A stretch of 62,727 bases of DNA, the filler included, from an uncultured bacterium (GTDB lineage Bacteria > DAOPZR01): the NCBI GenBank assembly GCA_964637655.1. It is 30 parts of 30 records of this genome, joined end to end, with 100 filler letters (N's around TTAATTAATTAA, not from the genome) between each part and the next. Parts side by side here need not be neighbours in the genome. Positions count along the whole stretch, not along the records: positions 20,123 to 22,191 come from CAZWUZ010000447.1; positions 22,292 to 24,344 come from CAZWUZ010000448.1; positions 24,445 to 26,486 come from CAZWUZ010000449.1; positions 26,587 to 28,626 come from CAZWUZ010000450.1; positions 28,727 to 30,759 come from CAZWUZ010000451.1; 25 more parts are not named here. The stretch is one strand, 5' to 3'. This document shows, piece after piece, positions 20,322 to 30,859 of this stretch. Within the stretch, counting starts at the first letter, position 1, and each line of letters begins with the position of its first letter. The notes beneath the pieces are model-generated. The model was given only the letters and a program-made list of their open reading frames with translations. It ran no database searches and was not told the DNA's origin. The translations under genes were made by a program, and so were the position numbers.

Positions 20322-21529
20322 TGCGTATCCCCCAGCGCACGCACCGAGGCGACATCCAGCGCGCGCTCATAGGTGTAGTTGCTCGTTTCACCCTTTGCGC
20401 GGTGCCGCGCCAGCAGCCGCGGCACGGTCAGGTTCGGCTCAAGTCGCACGAATGACAGGATCATCCGTGGCGGTGCCGCCGCCGCCGCCTGCTCCGTCTG
20501 GTGCAGCACGGTTTCCCCCGTCTGCGTATCCTCAGCCACAGTGTAGAGAAAGCGCGGACGGGGTTCCGGCTCGGGCAGCAACGGCACCGCCGGTTCCGCG
20601 ACCGGCGTATCGGCGGCATGCAGCGCGCGCATTGCCTCCTCGTACGGGACTTCCTCTCCCGAGTTGAAATCGATCCACGCGGGCGTGCCCGGCATGACAA
20701 AGCGTTCGATATTCCCCTGCGTCACCGCGCGGTAGTGCACCGACAACGCCAGCACCTGCTCCGCCGTGAGGTCGGTCTCGAGCACGGCAAGCGCGCCGCG
20801 CACCAGCGCCGCATACAGGTCGGGATTGTCATGCCGCAATTTGAGCATGTAGGCAAACCCGCGCACGATGAAGAGCTGATGCTTCTTCATCCGGTCGTTG
20901 TCACCCCCCGCGCTCGACCGCGAACGCAGCCAGGTGAGCAGCCCGTCGAGGTCGCGCAGCAGGTCCTCAGCGCCGATCAGTTTCCCGTCGAGCGTCAGCG
21001 TCTTGACCGTTTGCGCCACCTTGACGAAGGTGACGAAATCGACGGTCACGTACCCGTCACAGGTGATGCCAAGCAGTTTTCCCGTCTCGCGCATCGCCAG
21101 CGCCGCCCCGCCGAAGGCATACGCGGCGTTGATCTTCTGCGGCGAACCGCTGCCGTTGAAGTGCACCACCGCGTCGCGCGGCACGGAGATGAGCGACAGT
21201 GTGTCGGACTCGCAGCGCAGCACCGCCATCGCGTCGCTGCGGCACTGCTCGTCACCGCGCCGGTCCACCCCGAGCAGCAGGATATGCACCGGCGAATCGC
21301 CCAGCGTCGCCAGGCGCGGCCAGAGTGACGCCGGGTCGGGCAGGTTCGCCGCCGCCACCTCCGGCGCACGGTACGACAGCACTGTCCCGGGTCGGAACAC
21401 CTCGGCCAGCGCCGCCGCCATCAGCGCGATGACCGCGAGCAGCGTCAGGTTGATGAGCACGAGCCGGCGGCGGTTGCGCACCGTCGTCACGCGCGGGAAT
21501 TCAGGAGTTTCGTCTGTCTTGTCGGTCAT
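20318..21529 (-). CDS. LytR-CpsA-Psr (LCP) family protein
   Basis: TM anchor, ILLLGVD, RSDAM, ISVPRD, KINAAYAFGG, DNDRMKKHQ. Confidence 0.85.
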   Translation of the reverse strand: MTDKTDETPEFPRVTTVRNRRRLVLINLTLLAVIALMAAALAEVFRPGTVLSYRAPEVAAANLPDPASLWPRLATLGDSPVHILLLGVDRRGDEQCRSDAMAVLRCESDTLSLISVPRDAVVHFNGSGSPQKINAAYAFGGAALAMRETGKLLGITCDGYVTVDFVTFVKVAQTVKTLTLDGKLIGAEDLLRDLDGLLTWLRSRSSAGGDNDRMKKHQLFIVRGFAYMLKLRHDNPDLYAALVRGALAVLETDLTAEQVLALSVHYRAVTQGNIERFVMPGTPAWIDFNSGEEVPYEEAMRALHAADTPVAEPAVPLLPEPEPRPRFLYTVAEDTQTGETVLHQTEQAAAAAPPRMILSFVRLEPNLTVPRLLARHRAKGETSNYTYERALDVASVRALGDTQ

Positions 21530-21668
21530 CGTTCACGCAGGGATTTACCCTGTTGTTCTCCGTTCCGCAGCATCTGCCTCTGCCGGATGCATCCATTATA
21601 GATTGCCGCTGCCGTAATGACAAATTGTCCTATTTGCCGCCACCACCGCATTCAGATATACTCCGTCC

Positions 21669-22191
21669 ATGATTTTTTCACACCGCATTTTCCTGTTCGC
21701 CTGTCTTCTGCTCGCCACTGCCGGATGCGCCACCACCTCACCCTGGTTGGAACAACAACCCGGCCGCATCGTGGTGTCGGAAAGTGCTGCCAGTTTACTG
21801 GCCGGCATGCGCGAAGCCGACCGCGAGCGCATCGCTGACGCGTGGATCGTGGTTGTCGCCACCGCTGCTCCCGGTGACACGCTCGGCACCCTCTCCTGCT
21901 ATTCGCCCAATCAGTGGTGCTGGGTACGCCGGTTCGGGCCGGTGCCGGCGGTGTTCGGGCGTAACGGCATAGCCCCGCCCGGCGAAAAACGCGAAGGCGA
22001 CGGGCGCACGCCGTCAGGACTGTTCACCCTGACCGAATGCTTCGGCTACGGTGACACACCCGTCACCGGATTACAGTATACGCGGGTGTCGGACAGCGAT
22101 ATCTGGGTGGATGATGCCGCGCATCCCGATTACAACCGCTGGGTGCACTTGCCGACCACAGCCACCTCGTTCGAATACCTGAAACGTCAGG
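21669..22191 (+). CDS. L,D-transpeptidase (YkuD-like) lipoprotein, 3'-truncated
   Basis: Lipobox TAGC; GRNGIA...KREGDGRTPSG...WVDD...YNRW. Confidence 0.8.
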
Positions 22192-22291
22192 NNNNNNNNN
22201 NNNNNNNNNNNNNNNNNNNNNNNNNNNNNNNNNNNTTAATTAATTAANNNNNNNNNNNNNNNNNNNNNNNNNNNNNNNNNNNNNNNNNNNN

Positions 22292-22414
<123 letters not shown>

Positions 22415-22428
22415 CAGACACGACGCAC

Positions 22429-22460
22429 GGCGGGACGGGCGCGGCCCGTCCCGCCTTTTT
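22429..22460 (+). terminator. Rho-independent terminator after eno
   Basis: GGCGGGACGGGC-GCG-GCCCGTCCCGCC followed by TTTTT. Confidence 0.75.
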
Positions 22461-22516
22461 CCCCGCCCGGGTGCGGGAGATCGGGTGCCCCTGACGGCAC
22501 GCTACGGAGATGTCTC

Positions 22517-23386
22517 ATGAAACTGGTATTCGGCCTGCCCAAGGGCTCACTGCAGGAATCGACCATCACGCTGTTCCGCCGCGCCGGCTGGACCATCAAC
22601 GCCAGCTCGCGCTCGTACTACCCGACGGTCGACGACAAGGAACTGGAATTCATCCTCATCCGCGCGCAGGAAATCTCGCGCTACGTCGAGCAGCAGGTGC
22701 TCGATGCCGGGCTGACCGGCTACGACTGGATCCGCGAGAACCGCTCGGACGTGGTCGAAATCGGCGAACTCAACTATGCCAAGTCGGGACGCAACCCGGT
22801 GCGCTGGGTGCTTGCCGTCCCGGAAAACAGCGCCATCCGGTCGGCGAAGGACCTGCAGGGGAAGCGCATCGCCACGGAACTGGTGCAGGCGACGAAGGAC
22901 TGGCTGGCGGCGCAGGGCGTGACGGCCGAGGTCGAATTCTCCTGGGGCGCCACCGAGGTCAAGGCGCCGCGCCTCGTCGATGCCATCGTCGAACTGACCG
23001 AGACGGGCAGCTCGCTGCGCGCCAACAAGCTGCGCATCGTCGACACCCTGTTCGAGTCGAAGACCATGCTCGTCGCCGGCAGGCAGGCGTGGGCGGACCC
23101 GGAAAAACGCGCCAAGCTCGAAAACCTCTACCTGCTGCTGCAGTCGGCACTCGATGCCGAGACGCGGGTCGGCCTCAAGATGAACGTGCCCGCCGCGTCG
23201 CTCGACACGGTGGTCAAACTGCTGCCCGCGCTGCAGAATCCGACGGTGTCGGCGCTCAGCGACAAGAACTGGGTGGCGGTGGAGACGGTGCTCGACGAGG
23301 TGGTGGCGCGCGACCTCATCCCGCAACTGAAGCGCGCGGGCGCCACCGGCATCATCGAGTACGCGCTGACCAAACTGGTGCGCTGA
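22517..23386 (+). CDS. hisG: ATP phosphoribosyltransferase (long form)
   Basis: [38 protein letters not shown]. Confidence 0.95.
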   Translation: MKLVFGLPKGSLQESTITLFRRAGWTINASSRSYYPTVDDKELEFILIRAQEISRYVEQQVLDAGLTGYDWIRENRSDVVEIGELNYAKSGRNPVRWVLAVPENSAIRSAKDLQGKRIATELVQATKDWLAAQGVTAEVEFSWGATEVKAPRLVDAIVELTETGSSLRANKLRIVDTLFESKTMLVAGRQAWADPEKRAKLENLYLLLQSALDAETRVGLKMNVPAASLDTVVKLLPALQNPTVSALSDKNWVAVETVLDEVVARDLIPQLKRAGATGIIEYALTKLVR

Positions 23387-24344
23387 TGCGCGCCTGCCTG
23401 CTCCTCGCCCTGCTGCTGCTGGCCGCCGCGGCGGCGGCTGCGCCGCCGGTCATCACCCCGGCGGAAATCAGGCCGGGGATGCAGGGGTACGGGCTCACCG
23501 TTTTCAGCGGCACGGAGCCCGAGACCTTCGCGGTCGAGGCGCTGGGCGTGCTGACCAACGCCTTCCCGGGGCGCGACCTCATCCTCATCCGCGCCCACCA
23601 TCCCGTCACGGAAAAGGCGGGGATTATTGCCGGCATGAGCGGCTCACCCGTCTACTTCGACGGGCGCTGGGCGGGCGCGGTCGGCTATTCGTTCTCGTTC
23701 CAGAAGGAACCGCTCGGGCTGGTCACGCCGGCCGCGGCGATGCTCGCCACGCTCGACGATACCGCGCCGGCGGCGGGCGCGGCGCGCCGCCTGGCCGCGC
23801 TGCCGGACGACGACGACGGCACGCGCCTGCGCGCCATCGGCGCCCCGCTCGCCATCGGCGGCATCACCCCGCGCGTCTGTGCCGAGGCGGGGCCGCTGCT
23901 GCGCCGGGCCGGGCTGCTCCCCGTGCAGGGGGGCAGCGGCGGGACACTCGCGGACGAACCGGGGAGCGGACCCGAAGCGCTGGTGCCGGGCGCCGCGTTC
24001 GGCATCCAGCTGGCCCGCGGCGACGTCGATTTCACCGCCATCGGCACCGTCACCTGGCGCGAAGGGGACCGCCTGCTCGGGTTCGGCCATCCGATGTTCC
24101 AGTTTGTCGAGGGGGAATACCCGCTCTGCACCGCGCGCATCCTCGCGGTCAACGCTTCGTATGCCAGTTCTTTCAAGCTCGGGGTCGGGTTGCGCGAGGT
24201 CGGGGTCATCACCAGCGACCGCGCCCCCGCGGTGGGCGGGGTTATCGGCCGGCACACGCCGATGGTGCCGGTCGAGGTGGCGGTCACGCTCAACGGGCGC
24301 ACCCGCGAAATGAAATTCGAGTGCGTGCGCCATCCCTATGTCTT
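23386..24344 (+). CDS. Secreted SpoIVB/peptidase S55 domain protein, 3'-truncated
   Basis: Signal peptide; PGMQGYGLTVFSG, GIIAGMSGSPVY, GTVT...GFGHP. Confidence 0.85.
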
Positions 24345-24444
24345 NNNNNNNNNNNNNNNNNNNNNNNNNNNNNNNNNNNNNNNNNNNNTTAATTAATTAA
24401 NNNNNNNNNNNNNNNNNNNNNNNNNNNNNNNNNNNNNNNNNNNN

Positions 24445-25113
24445 GCCGGGCGCAGCGTCTGCCGGGAGCGTCAGGATGGTGCCCGGGATGAGCTTGCGCA
24501 GTTCGCGGAAGATGGTGTACGGGGCGGGCACATAGTTGTGGCGCAGGAAGAGGGTGAGCGCCTCGCGGTCGATGGTGCCGGTAAAGGCGGGATGCGCGCG
24601 CAGCGCCTTGAGTTCGGAGCCGAAGAGGAAGATGCCGCCGCTCCAGCCGTAGTAGAGCGGCTTTTCACCGATGCGGTCGCGTGCCAGCGTCAGCGTGCGC
24701 TCACGGCGGTCCCAGAGCGCGAAGGCGAACATGCCCGTGCTGCGCTCGAGTGCAGCGCGCACCCCGAAGCGGGCGATGGCGGCGAGCAGCACCTCGGTGT
24801 CGGAATGCCCGCGGAAAGCGCAGCCAGCGGTCTCGAGTTCCTGCCGCACAACGGTGAAGTTGTAGATTTCCCCGTTGAAGATGATGACGTAGCGGCCGCA
24901 GGCAGAGTGCATCGGCTGATGTCCCTGCGGGGACAGGTCGATGATGGAGAGGCGGCGGTGTCCCAGCGCGATGCCGGCAGCGGCATCGGACCACGCGCCC
25001 CCGTCGTCAGGACCGCGGTGGCGGATGGCGTCGGCCATGCGGGTGACAGTCGCGGTCAGCGTCTCTGTCGCGGTCGCCCGGCTGCTGTCAAGAAATCCCG
25101 CAAACCCGCACAT
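24445..25113 (-). CDS. asnB: Asparagine synthase (glutamine-hydrolysing) family amidotransferase, 3'-truncated
   Basis: MCGFAG, HRGPD, GHRRLSIIDLS, FNGEIYN, ARDRIGEKPLYY. Confidence 0.92.
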
Positions 25114-25232
25114 GTTCCACCTTGCCGCAACCACGGAGCAAGCCGTGGGCATGCCTTCCCGGATGGTATAACCGATGATGCTCACGCATAATAGCGCTGT
25201 GCACGGGAAAAGTCAACGACGGGGGGGACGGG

Positions 25233-25436
25233 ATGGAAGCGGCAGCGCGGCGGCTGGCGGAATACCTGCAGCGGGCAGAGCAGGTGGTGGCGCTGACCGG
25301 GGCAGGCGTGTCGACCGCGGCCGGCCTCCCCGATTTTCGCGGTCCGCGCGGCGACATGCTTCTCCCTCCTGGTGCCGGGCAGAGCAATACGGAGAGTGAG
25401 CGGTTCCTGCGGCCGGTGACGACAGCGTTGAAATAG
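25233..25436 (+). pseudogene. Sirtuin (CobB/Sir2) N-terminal remnant or assembly chimera
   Basis: LTGAGVSTAAGLPDFRGPRG, then unrelated sequence and a stop at 67 aa. Confidence 0.65.
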
Positions 25437-25609
25437 AGAAACCGCCGCCATCCCGCCACGAACAAATCATAATACACCATAATACAAGAAGATATGGCAC
25501 GAGTACAGCCGGGCGATAAACCCGTTATTTTGCGTTCAGTTTTACCCGGTTCCTGCCGATAAAAGGGTATACGCGCCCGGGGAGGGCGCAACCCGGTGGG
25601 AGGGAAACG

Positions 25610-26314
25610 ATGCTGCGGGCCCTGAAATTATCCTCATTATTCCTGATGACCATGCTGGTGATGATCATGCTGCAGCTCGAGGCGAACGCCGAATCGCTCT
25701 GGCGCAACCAGAGCATGTACGACGACCGCTGCGCGCGCAACGTCGGCGACATCGTCACCATCATCATCGCCGAGAACGCGAACGCCACGCACGAGGCGAC
25801 GAACGAGCGCGAGAAGCAGCTGCGCATTGGCGGCTCCTCGAATGCCAACCTCGACGCGACGGCGACGACAACCGAGGCGGTGGGGGCGACCGGGCAGGCA
25901 ACGGCGACGGACGGGGTCCTGAGCATCGGCGGCAAGGTGGCGACGTTTCTCAATTCGCTGGCGTCGTACATCCCGCTGTTCGGGGCGACGATCAGCGGCG
26001 GCTCGTCGTACGACGCGGACAACGAGCAGACGCGGCGCGGGGTGCTGAACGCGCGCATCAGCGTGGTGGTGGACGAGATCGACGAGAGCGGCAACCTGGT
26101 GCTGAAGGGGACCAAGACGGTCAACATCAACAGCGAGGAACAGGTGATCGAGATCCGCGGCAAGTGCCGTCCGGACGACATCACCGCGGAGAACACCATC
26201 AATTCGAACCTGATCGCCGACGCGAGCATCCGCTACAACGGCGAGACGGTCTACGCGGAGAGCGGCAGTTTTCTCGGCAACGTCTGGAACAAAGTTGCCG
26301 ACTGGCTGTTCTGA
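25610..26314 (+). CDS. flgH: Flagellar basal-body L-ring protein
   Basis: [21 protein letters not shown]...NSEEQ...GKCRPDDI...[11 protein letters not shown]. Followed by flgI. Confidence 0.9.
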   Translation: MLRALKLSSLFLMTMLVMIMLQLEANAESLWRNQSMYDDRCARNVGDIVTIIIAENANATHEATNEREKQLRIGGSSNANLDATATTTEAVGATGQATATDGVLSIGGKVATFLNSLASYIPLFGATISGGSSYDADNEQTRRGVLNARISVVVDEIDESGNLVLKGTKTVNINSEEQVIEIRGKCRPDDITAENTINSNLIADASIRYNGETVYAESGSFLGNVWNKVADWLF

Positions 26315-26336
26315 GGACATGGGGGAGGGGACGGAC

Positions 26337-26486
26337 ATGGCATTCACCAAAATCATCCTGACGGCGCTGCTGATGGTGCTGCTCACGGGCGCGGTGGCGG
26401 ACGGCACGGCCGTGCGCATCAAGGACCTGGCGTCGGTGCGCGGGGTGCGCGACAACCAGCTGATCGGCTACGGGCTGGTGGTCGGT
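26337..26486 (+). CDS. flgI: Flagellar P-ring protein, N-terminal fragment
   Basis: [24 protein letters not shown]. Confidence 0.92.
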
Positions 26487-26586
26487 NNNNNNNNNNNNNN
26501 NNNNNNNNNNNNNNNNNNNNNNNNNNNNNNTTAATTAATTAANNNNNNNNNNNNNNNNNNNNNNNNNNNNNNNNNNNNNNNNNNNN

Positions 26587-26862
26587 ATCGACAGCGGCCG
26601 GAACCGCAACGTGCAGGTGCGCGATCTCGTCGGCAGCATCGCCAACGAGGCGCACCTCTCCGGCGCACAGATCGGCAAGGTCCGCATCTTCGACGACTAC
26701 TCGTTCGTCGAGGTCCCCGCCGACGCCGTGGCCACGGTCACCGCCGCGCTGCAGAACACGCAGCTCCGCGGGTTCCCGGTTACCGTCACCCGGGGGGCGC
26801 CGGCCGGGAAGCGGCGTCCCGGCGGCGACCATGGCCGGCGCTTGACAGGCACCCGGCGGTAA
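26587..26862 (+). CDS. DEAD-box RNA helicase C-terminal DbpA-type RNA-binding domain
   Basis: DLVGSIANEA...IGKVRIFDDYSFVEVP. Confidence 0.8.
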   Translation: MDSGRNRNVQVRDLVGSIANEAHLSGAQIGKVRIFDDYSFVEVPADAVATVTAALQNTQLRGFPVTVTRGAPAGKRRPGGDHGRRLTGTRR

Positions 26863-26913
26863 TATATACAGGCAGCACAACTGACAGAGAGAGGACACGC
26901 GCGCAAACTGCCG

Positions 26914-27330
26914 ATGCACCAGATCAAGCGCTACGCGCTGCTGCTGCTCATCCTCGCTATCGCCCTCTGGTTCCTGTTCTTCAGCCATCACGAAGAACGG
27001 GACCCGGCGCTGCATATCGAGCGGCAGCAGCAGCAGATACGCGAGCTGACCGCCGCCGGCGAAACCGCCGGGGCGATGAAACAGGAGTTCGAACTCGGCC
27101 TGTACTACGAGAAACTGGGCGAGTACGACAAGGCGGTGGCGCAGTTCGAGCGCGTGTTCAGGTTCCCGTATCCGGATATGCATTACGGGTACCTGCACGA
27201 CGAAGCGCAGTGGAAGATCCGCGAGTTGCACCGCCTCGGCCTGGTGAGCGACACCACCGCCGCTTCCCTGCTTGGCCGCCCGGTGCCTGCCGTCGACACC
27301 GTGCCGCCGCCCGTGCCGCTCAACGAATAA
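26914..27330 (+). CDS. Membrane-anchored TPR protein
   Basis: N-terminal TM; FELGLYYEKLGEYDKAVAQFERV..FP. Confidence 0.7.
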   Translation: MHQIKRYALLLLILAIALWFLFFSHHEERDPALHIERQQQQIRELTAAGETAGAMKQEFELGLYYEKLGEYDKAVAQFERVFRFPYPDMHYGYLHDEAQWKIRELHRLGLVSDTTAASLLGRPVPAVDTVPPPVPLNE

Positions 27331-27336
27331 ACACGA

Positions 27337-27412
27337 GCCCGTGTAGCTCAGCCGGTAGAGCATCGCATTCGTAATGCGAAGGTCACCAGTTCGATTCTGG
27401 TCGCGGGCTCCA
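27337..27412 (+). tRNA. tRNA-Thr(CGT)
   Basis: GCCCGTGTAGCTCAGCCGGTAGAGCA TCGCA-TTCGTAA-TGCGA AGGTCACCAGTTCGATTCTGGTCGCGGGCTCCA. Confidence 0.95.
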
Positions 27413-27434
27413 TTTTTTTCCGCGGGGGCGGTCG

Positions 27435-28325
27435 ATGGCTGACGCGATGGAACCTTTCATCCGCAAGGCGGAAGTGCTCATCGAAGCGCTCCCCTATATC
27501 CGTGCCTTTCGCGACAGCATCGTCGTCATCAAGTACGGCGGCAGCGCCATGGTCGACGACGCCCTCAAGGCGAGCGTCCTCCTTGACCTGCTGCTGCTCA
27601 AGTACGTCGGCATCAAGCCGGTGGTCGTCCACGGCGGCGGCAAGCAGATTTCCGCCCTGCTCAAGAAGGTGGGCAAGCAGCCGACCTTCATCAACGGCCT
27701 GCGCGTCACCGACGCCGAGACCATGGATATCGTCGAGATGGTCCTCGCCGGGCAGATCAACAAGGACATCGTCGCTGACCTCAACCGCCAGGGCGGGCGC
27801 GCCGTCGGGCTCACCGGCAAGGACGGCAATATCCTGCTGGCCAAAAAGATCGCCGGCGAATACGATTACGGGCAGGTGGGCGAAGTCGACAAGGTCGACA
27901 CCGACCTGCTCACCCTGCTGCTCGAACGCGACTACATCCCCATCATCGCCCCCATCGGGGTCGATGCCGCCGGGGTCACGCTCAACCTCAACGCCGACAC
28001 CGCCGCCGCCGGCATCGCCGCCGCGCTGCGCGCCGAGAAGTTCATCCTGCTCACCGACGAGCTCGGGGTGCTGCGCGACCAGCATGACCCGGCCACGCTG
28101 ATCAAGACCATCACCATGGCCGACCATCAGCAGCTGCGCAAAGACAAGATCATCGACGGCGGCATGCTGCCCAAGCTCGATGCCTGCATCGACGCGCTGC
28201 AGCGCGGGGTGCGCAAGGCCCACGTCATCAGCGGCATGGTGCCGCACGCCCTGCTCATCGAGCTCTTCACCGAGACCGGGGTCGGCACCGAAATCGTACT
28301 CAAGAAAGGCCGGCGCGCGAAATGA
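27435..28325 (+). CDS. argB: Acetylglutamate kinase
   Basis: LIEALPYI, VIKYGGSAM, VHGGG, GLRVTD, NLNADTAA, GGMLPK. Confidence 0.96.
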   Translation: MADAMEPFIRKAEVLIEALPYIRAFRDSIVVIKYGGSAMVDDALKASVLLDLLLLKYVGIKPVVVHGGGKQISALLKKVGKQPTFINGLRVTDAETMDIVEMVLAGQINKDIVADLNRQGGRAVGLTGKDGNILLAKKIAGEYDYGQVGEVDKVDTDLLTLLLERDYIPIIAPIGVDAAGVTLNLNADTAAAGIAAALRAEKFILLTDELGVLRDQHDPATLIKTITMADHQQLRKDKIIDGGMLPKLDACIDALQRGVRKAHVISGMVPHALLIELFTETGVGTEIVLKKGRRAK

Positions 28326-28626
28326 ACATCAGTGACTTTCTCGCCAACACGCGCGTCTTTGCCACGCTCGCCCCCGAGGAGATCGATTTCATCAAGAAGT
28401 ACTTCGTGACGGAATACGTCAAGGAGAACCGTACCGTCTTCACCGAGGGCGAACCGGGGCACGCGCTCTACATCATCGTCCACGGGGGCGTCGCCATCAC
28501 CAAGCAGCTCGAGGGGGGCAAGACCAAGCTCCTCGCCCAGCTCAACGGCAACGAGTGCTTCGGGGAGCTCGCGCTCATCGACGGCGACACGCGCTCGGCC
28601 ACGGTCAAATCGCGCAGCGACAGTTC
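28322..28626 (+). CDS. Cyclic nucleotide-binding domain protein, 3'-truncated
   Basis: FTEGEPGHALYII..G; FGELALIDGDTRSATV. Confidence 0.85.
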
Positions 28627-28821
28627 NNNNNNNNNNNNNNNNNNNNNNNNNNNNNNNNNNNNNNNNNNNNTTAATTAATTAANNNNNNNNNNNNNNNNNN
28701 NNNNNNNNNNNNNNNNNNNNNNNNNNCAGCAGAAGCGCGTTGCCCGCTTGGCTATTGCTGCACGCTGTGCGCGACTGCGGCAACAACGCATGCTGCTGAT
28801 AACCGATAGCAGGAGCGCGTA

Positions 28822-28851
28822 AAAAAACCGCCGGGGAAATCCCCGGCGGTT
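28822..28851 (-). terminator. Rho-independent terminator after the PPIase gene
   Basis: ACCGCCGGGGA...TCCCCGGCGGT hairpin with a U-tract on the minus strand. Confidence 0.8.
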
Positions 28852-28869
28852 CGTGGTGTGCGGCAGGTG

Positions 28870-30441
28870 CTAAAAGAGCTGCGGGGCCTGCTGGCCGCCG
28901 GCACTGCGGTTCTGCAGCGGGGCCAGGTTGCCGTTCTGCGGGTTGAGCTCCGCTTCCGTGAGCTTGATCTCGATATCGTAGGCGGCGCGGCGCGCGGCAT
29001 ACCAGCGGTTGAAGATGTCCTGCTGCAGGCGGTTGCTCAGTTCACGCTCCACCTGCCCGCGGAACTCCGCGAAATGGGTCTCGTCCGCCTCGCTGACAGC
29101 GCCGACGCGCACGATGTGGTAGCCGAAGGGGGACGTGATGATCCCGCCGGGCGTGCCCGGGGCCAGGGTGTCGAGGCGCTCTGACACGGGCGTGATAATG
29201 AACGAGTTGTTGACCAGTTCCTTGTCCAGCCACGCGTACTCCTCCTGGTCGAAGAGGAGCGGGTCCATGAAGCGGGCGAGAGTGCCGAGCGACCCGCCGC
29301 GTGCTGCGCTTCCCGCGTCGGAGTACTTGCGCGCCACCGCGGCAAAGGCAGCGCCGTTCTTCAGTTCCGCCAGTGCCGCTTCCGCCCGCGCTTTGGCCTG
29401 CTGCCGCTCGGCGTCGCCGACGAGGCGGCGGCGCAGTCCGTCGCGCAGCTTGTCATAGGGCCACGGCTCGTTTTCCAGACGCTGCAGCACCTCGATGATA
29501 TGGAACCCGAAGTCGGTCTGTACCACGGCGGAAATCTCGCCGGGGCGCAGGGCGAATGCGGCGCCCTCGAACGGCGCCACCATCTGGCCCATGCCGAAGA
29601 TGCCCAGGTCGCCACCCTTGACGGCCGAGGTGGTGTCGCTGGAGTACTGTTTCGCCGCGGCGGCGAAATCGAGCCGGCCGGCGACGATCTCCTCGCGCAG
29701 GTTCTCCGCGCGCAGGCGGGCCTTGCTGAAGACCTCGGCGTCGCTGCCGCGCGGCGCGGCAATCAGGATGTGCCGGGCCCGCACGCGCAGCGGCTGCACG
29801 TAGGTGTCCTTGTTTTCCTCGTAGGAGGCGCGCACCCGCTCCTCGCTGACGAAACTCTCGGGGCGCACCAGCACCTGCGCCAGTTCGTAGCGGCGGTAGT
29901 AGGTGCGGTAGTAGTTGGTCAGGTCGGAGAGCGACACGCGCAGGTTGCTGGTGATGCCGTCGCTCAGTTTGGCGAAGAGCAGCTGCTCGCGCTTGTAGCG
30001 CTCGAGATTCTGCAGCACGCGGGCCGGCTGGGTGGTGCGGAACTGCTCGTAGCGGCCGCGGTCGGGACGCCCCTGCTCGTCGCGGAACGCGGGCTCGCTG
30101 AGCAGGATGTACTGCAGCAGTTCCTCGTCTGCCACCGCCAGGCCCATGGCGTCCGCCTCGCGCAGCAGGATCAGGCGGCGGATCATCTGCTCGAGCACGT
30201 CGCGCCGCAGTTTGCCCTCCTCGGCCGGGGTGAGGTCCCCGTTCTCCCGCGCGCGTTCCAGCGCGTCGTTGAGTTCGACCCGGTACTCCTGATCGGCAAT
30301 CGGCTCGCCGTCGATGATGGCGACGCTCATCTCGCTGGCGATGTCGCCCTGCTTGCCCCAGGCGAAGAAAATGAAGCCGACGAAGGAAACCACGACCACC
30401 CAGAACACGGGTTTCATGATGCTGCGCAGCCACGTGAACAT
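28870..30441 (-). CDS. SurA/PpiD-like peptidyl-prolyl isomerase
   Basis: N-terminal TM, SurA_N region, parvulin motifs RARHILI, GGDLG, FGFHII, FGYHIV. Confidence 0.88.
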   Translation of the reverse strand: MFTWLRSIMKPVFWVVVVSFVGFIFFAWGKQGDIASEMSVAIIDGEPIADQEYRVELNDALERARENGDLTPAEEGKLRRDVLEQMIRRLILLREADAMGLAVADEELLQYILLSEPAFRDEQGRPDRGRYEQFRTTQPARVLQNLERYKREQLLFAKLSDGITSNLRVSLSDLTNYYRTYYRRYELAQVLVRPESFVSEERVRASYEENKDTYVQPLRVRARHILIAAPRGSDAEVFSKARLRAENLREEIVAGRLDFAAAAKQYSSDTTSAVKGGDLGIFGMGQMVAPFEGAAFALRPGEISAVVQTDFGFHIIEVLQRLENEPWPYDKLRDGLRRRLVGDAERQQAKARAEAALAELKNGAAFAAVARKYSDAGSAARGGSLGTLARFMDPLLFDQEEYAWLDKELVNNSFIITPVSERLDTLAPGTPGGIITSPFGYHIVRVGAVSEADETHFAEFRGQVERELSNRLQQDIFNRWYAARRAAYDIEIKLTEAELNPQNGNLAPLQNRSAGGQQAPQLF

Positions 30442-30555
30442 GATACGCTTCCTGTCCAAGATGCGGATATCCGGCGGCTACACCGCCGGCACACAAGCGC
30501 ACGGATTGTAGCACAGGCATAGCCGCAGCGCAACTTTTCTGCTACACTGCGGCAC

Positions 30556-30759
30556 ATGGAACCGGCGGCGGCGCGGGCGGCGATGGTGGACGGGCAGCTG
30601 CGCACGCGCGGGATCCGCGACGCGCGCGTGCTGGCAGCGCTGGCGGCAGTGCCGCGCGAGCGGTTTGTGCCGCCGGCGCTGGCGGCGGCGGCCTATGCCG
30701 ACCAGCCGCTCCCCGTCGGCTGCGGGCAGACCATGTCGCAGCCGTACATCGTCGCGCTG
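30556..30759 (+). CDS. pcm: Protein-L-isoaspartate O-methyltransferase, N-terminal fragment
   Basis: [11 protein letters not shown]...VPRERFV...[22 protein letters not shown]. Confidence 0.92.
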
Positions 30760-30859
30760 NNNNNNNNNNNNNNNNNNNNNNNNNNNNNNNNNNNNNNNNN
30801 NNNTTAATTAATTAANNNNNNNNNNNNNNNNNNNNNNNNNNNNNNNNNNNNNNNNNNNN

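Noticed and set aside
22510-24396. HisG-SpoIVB peptidase fusion suggested by the 628-aa ORF
   Set aside because: The two genes are in different frames. hisG stops at 23386 and the peptidase starts at the overlapping ATG.
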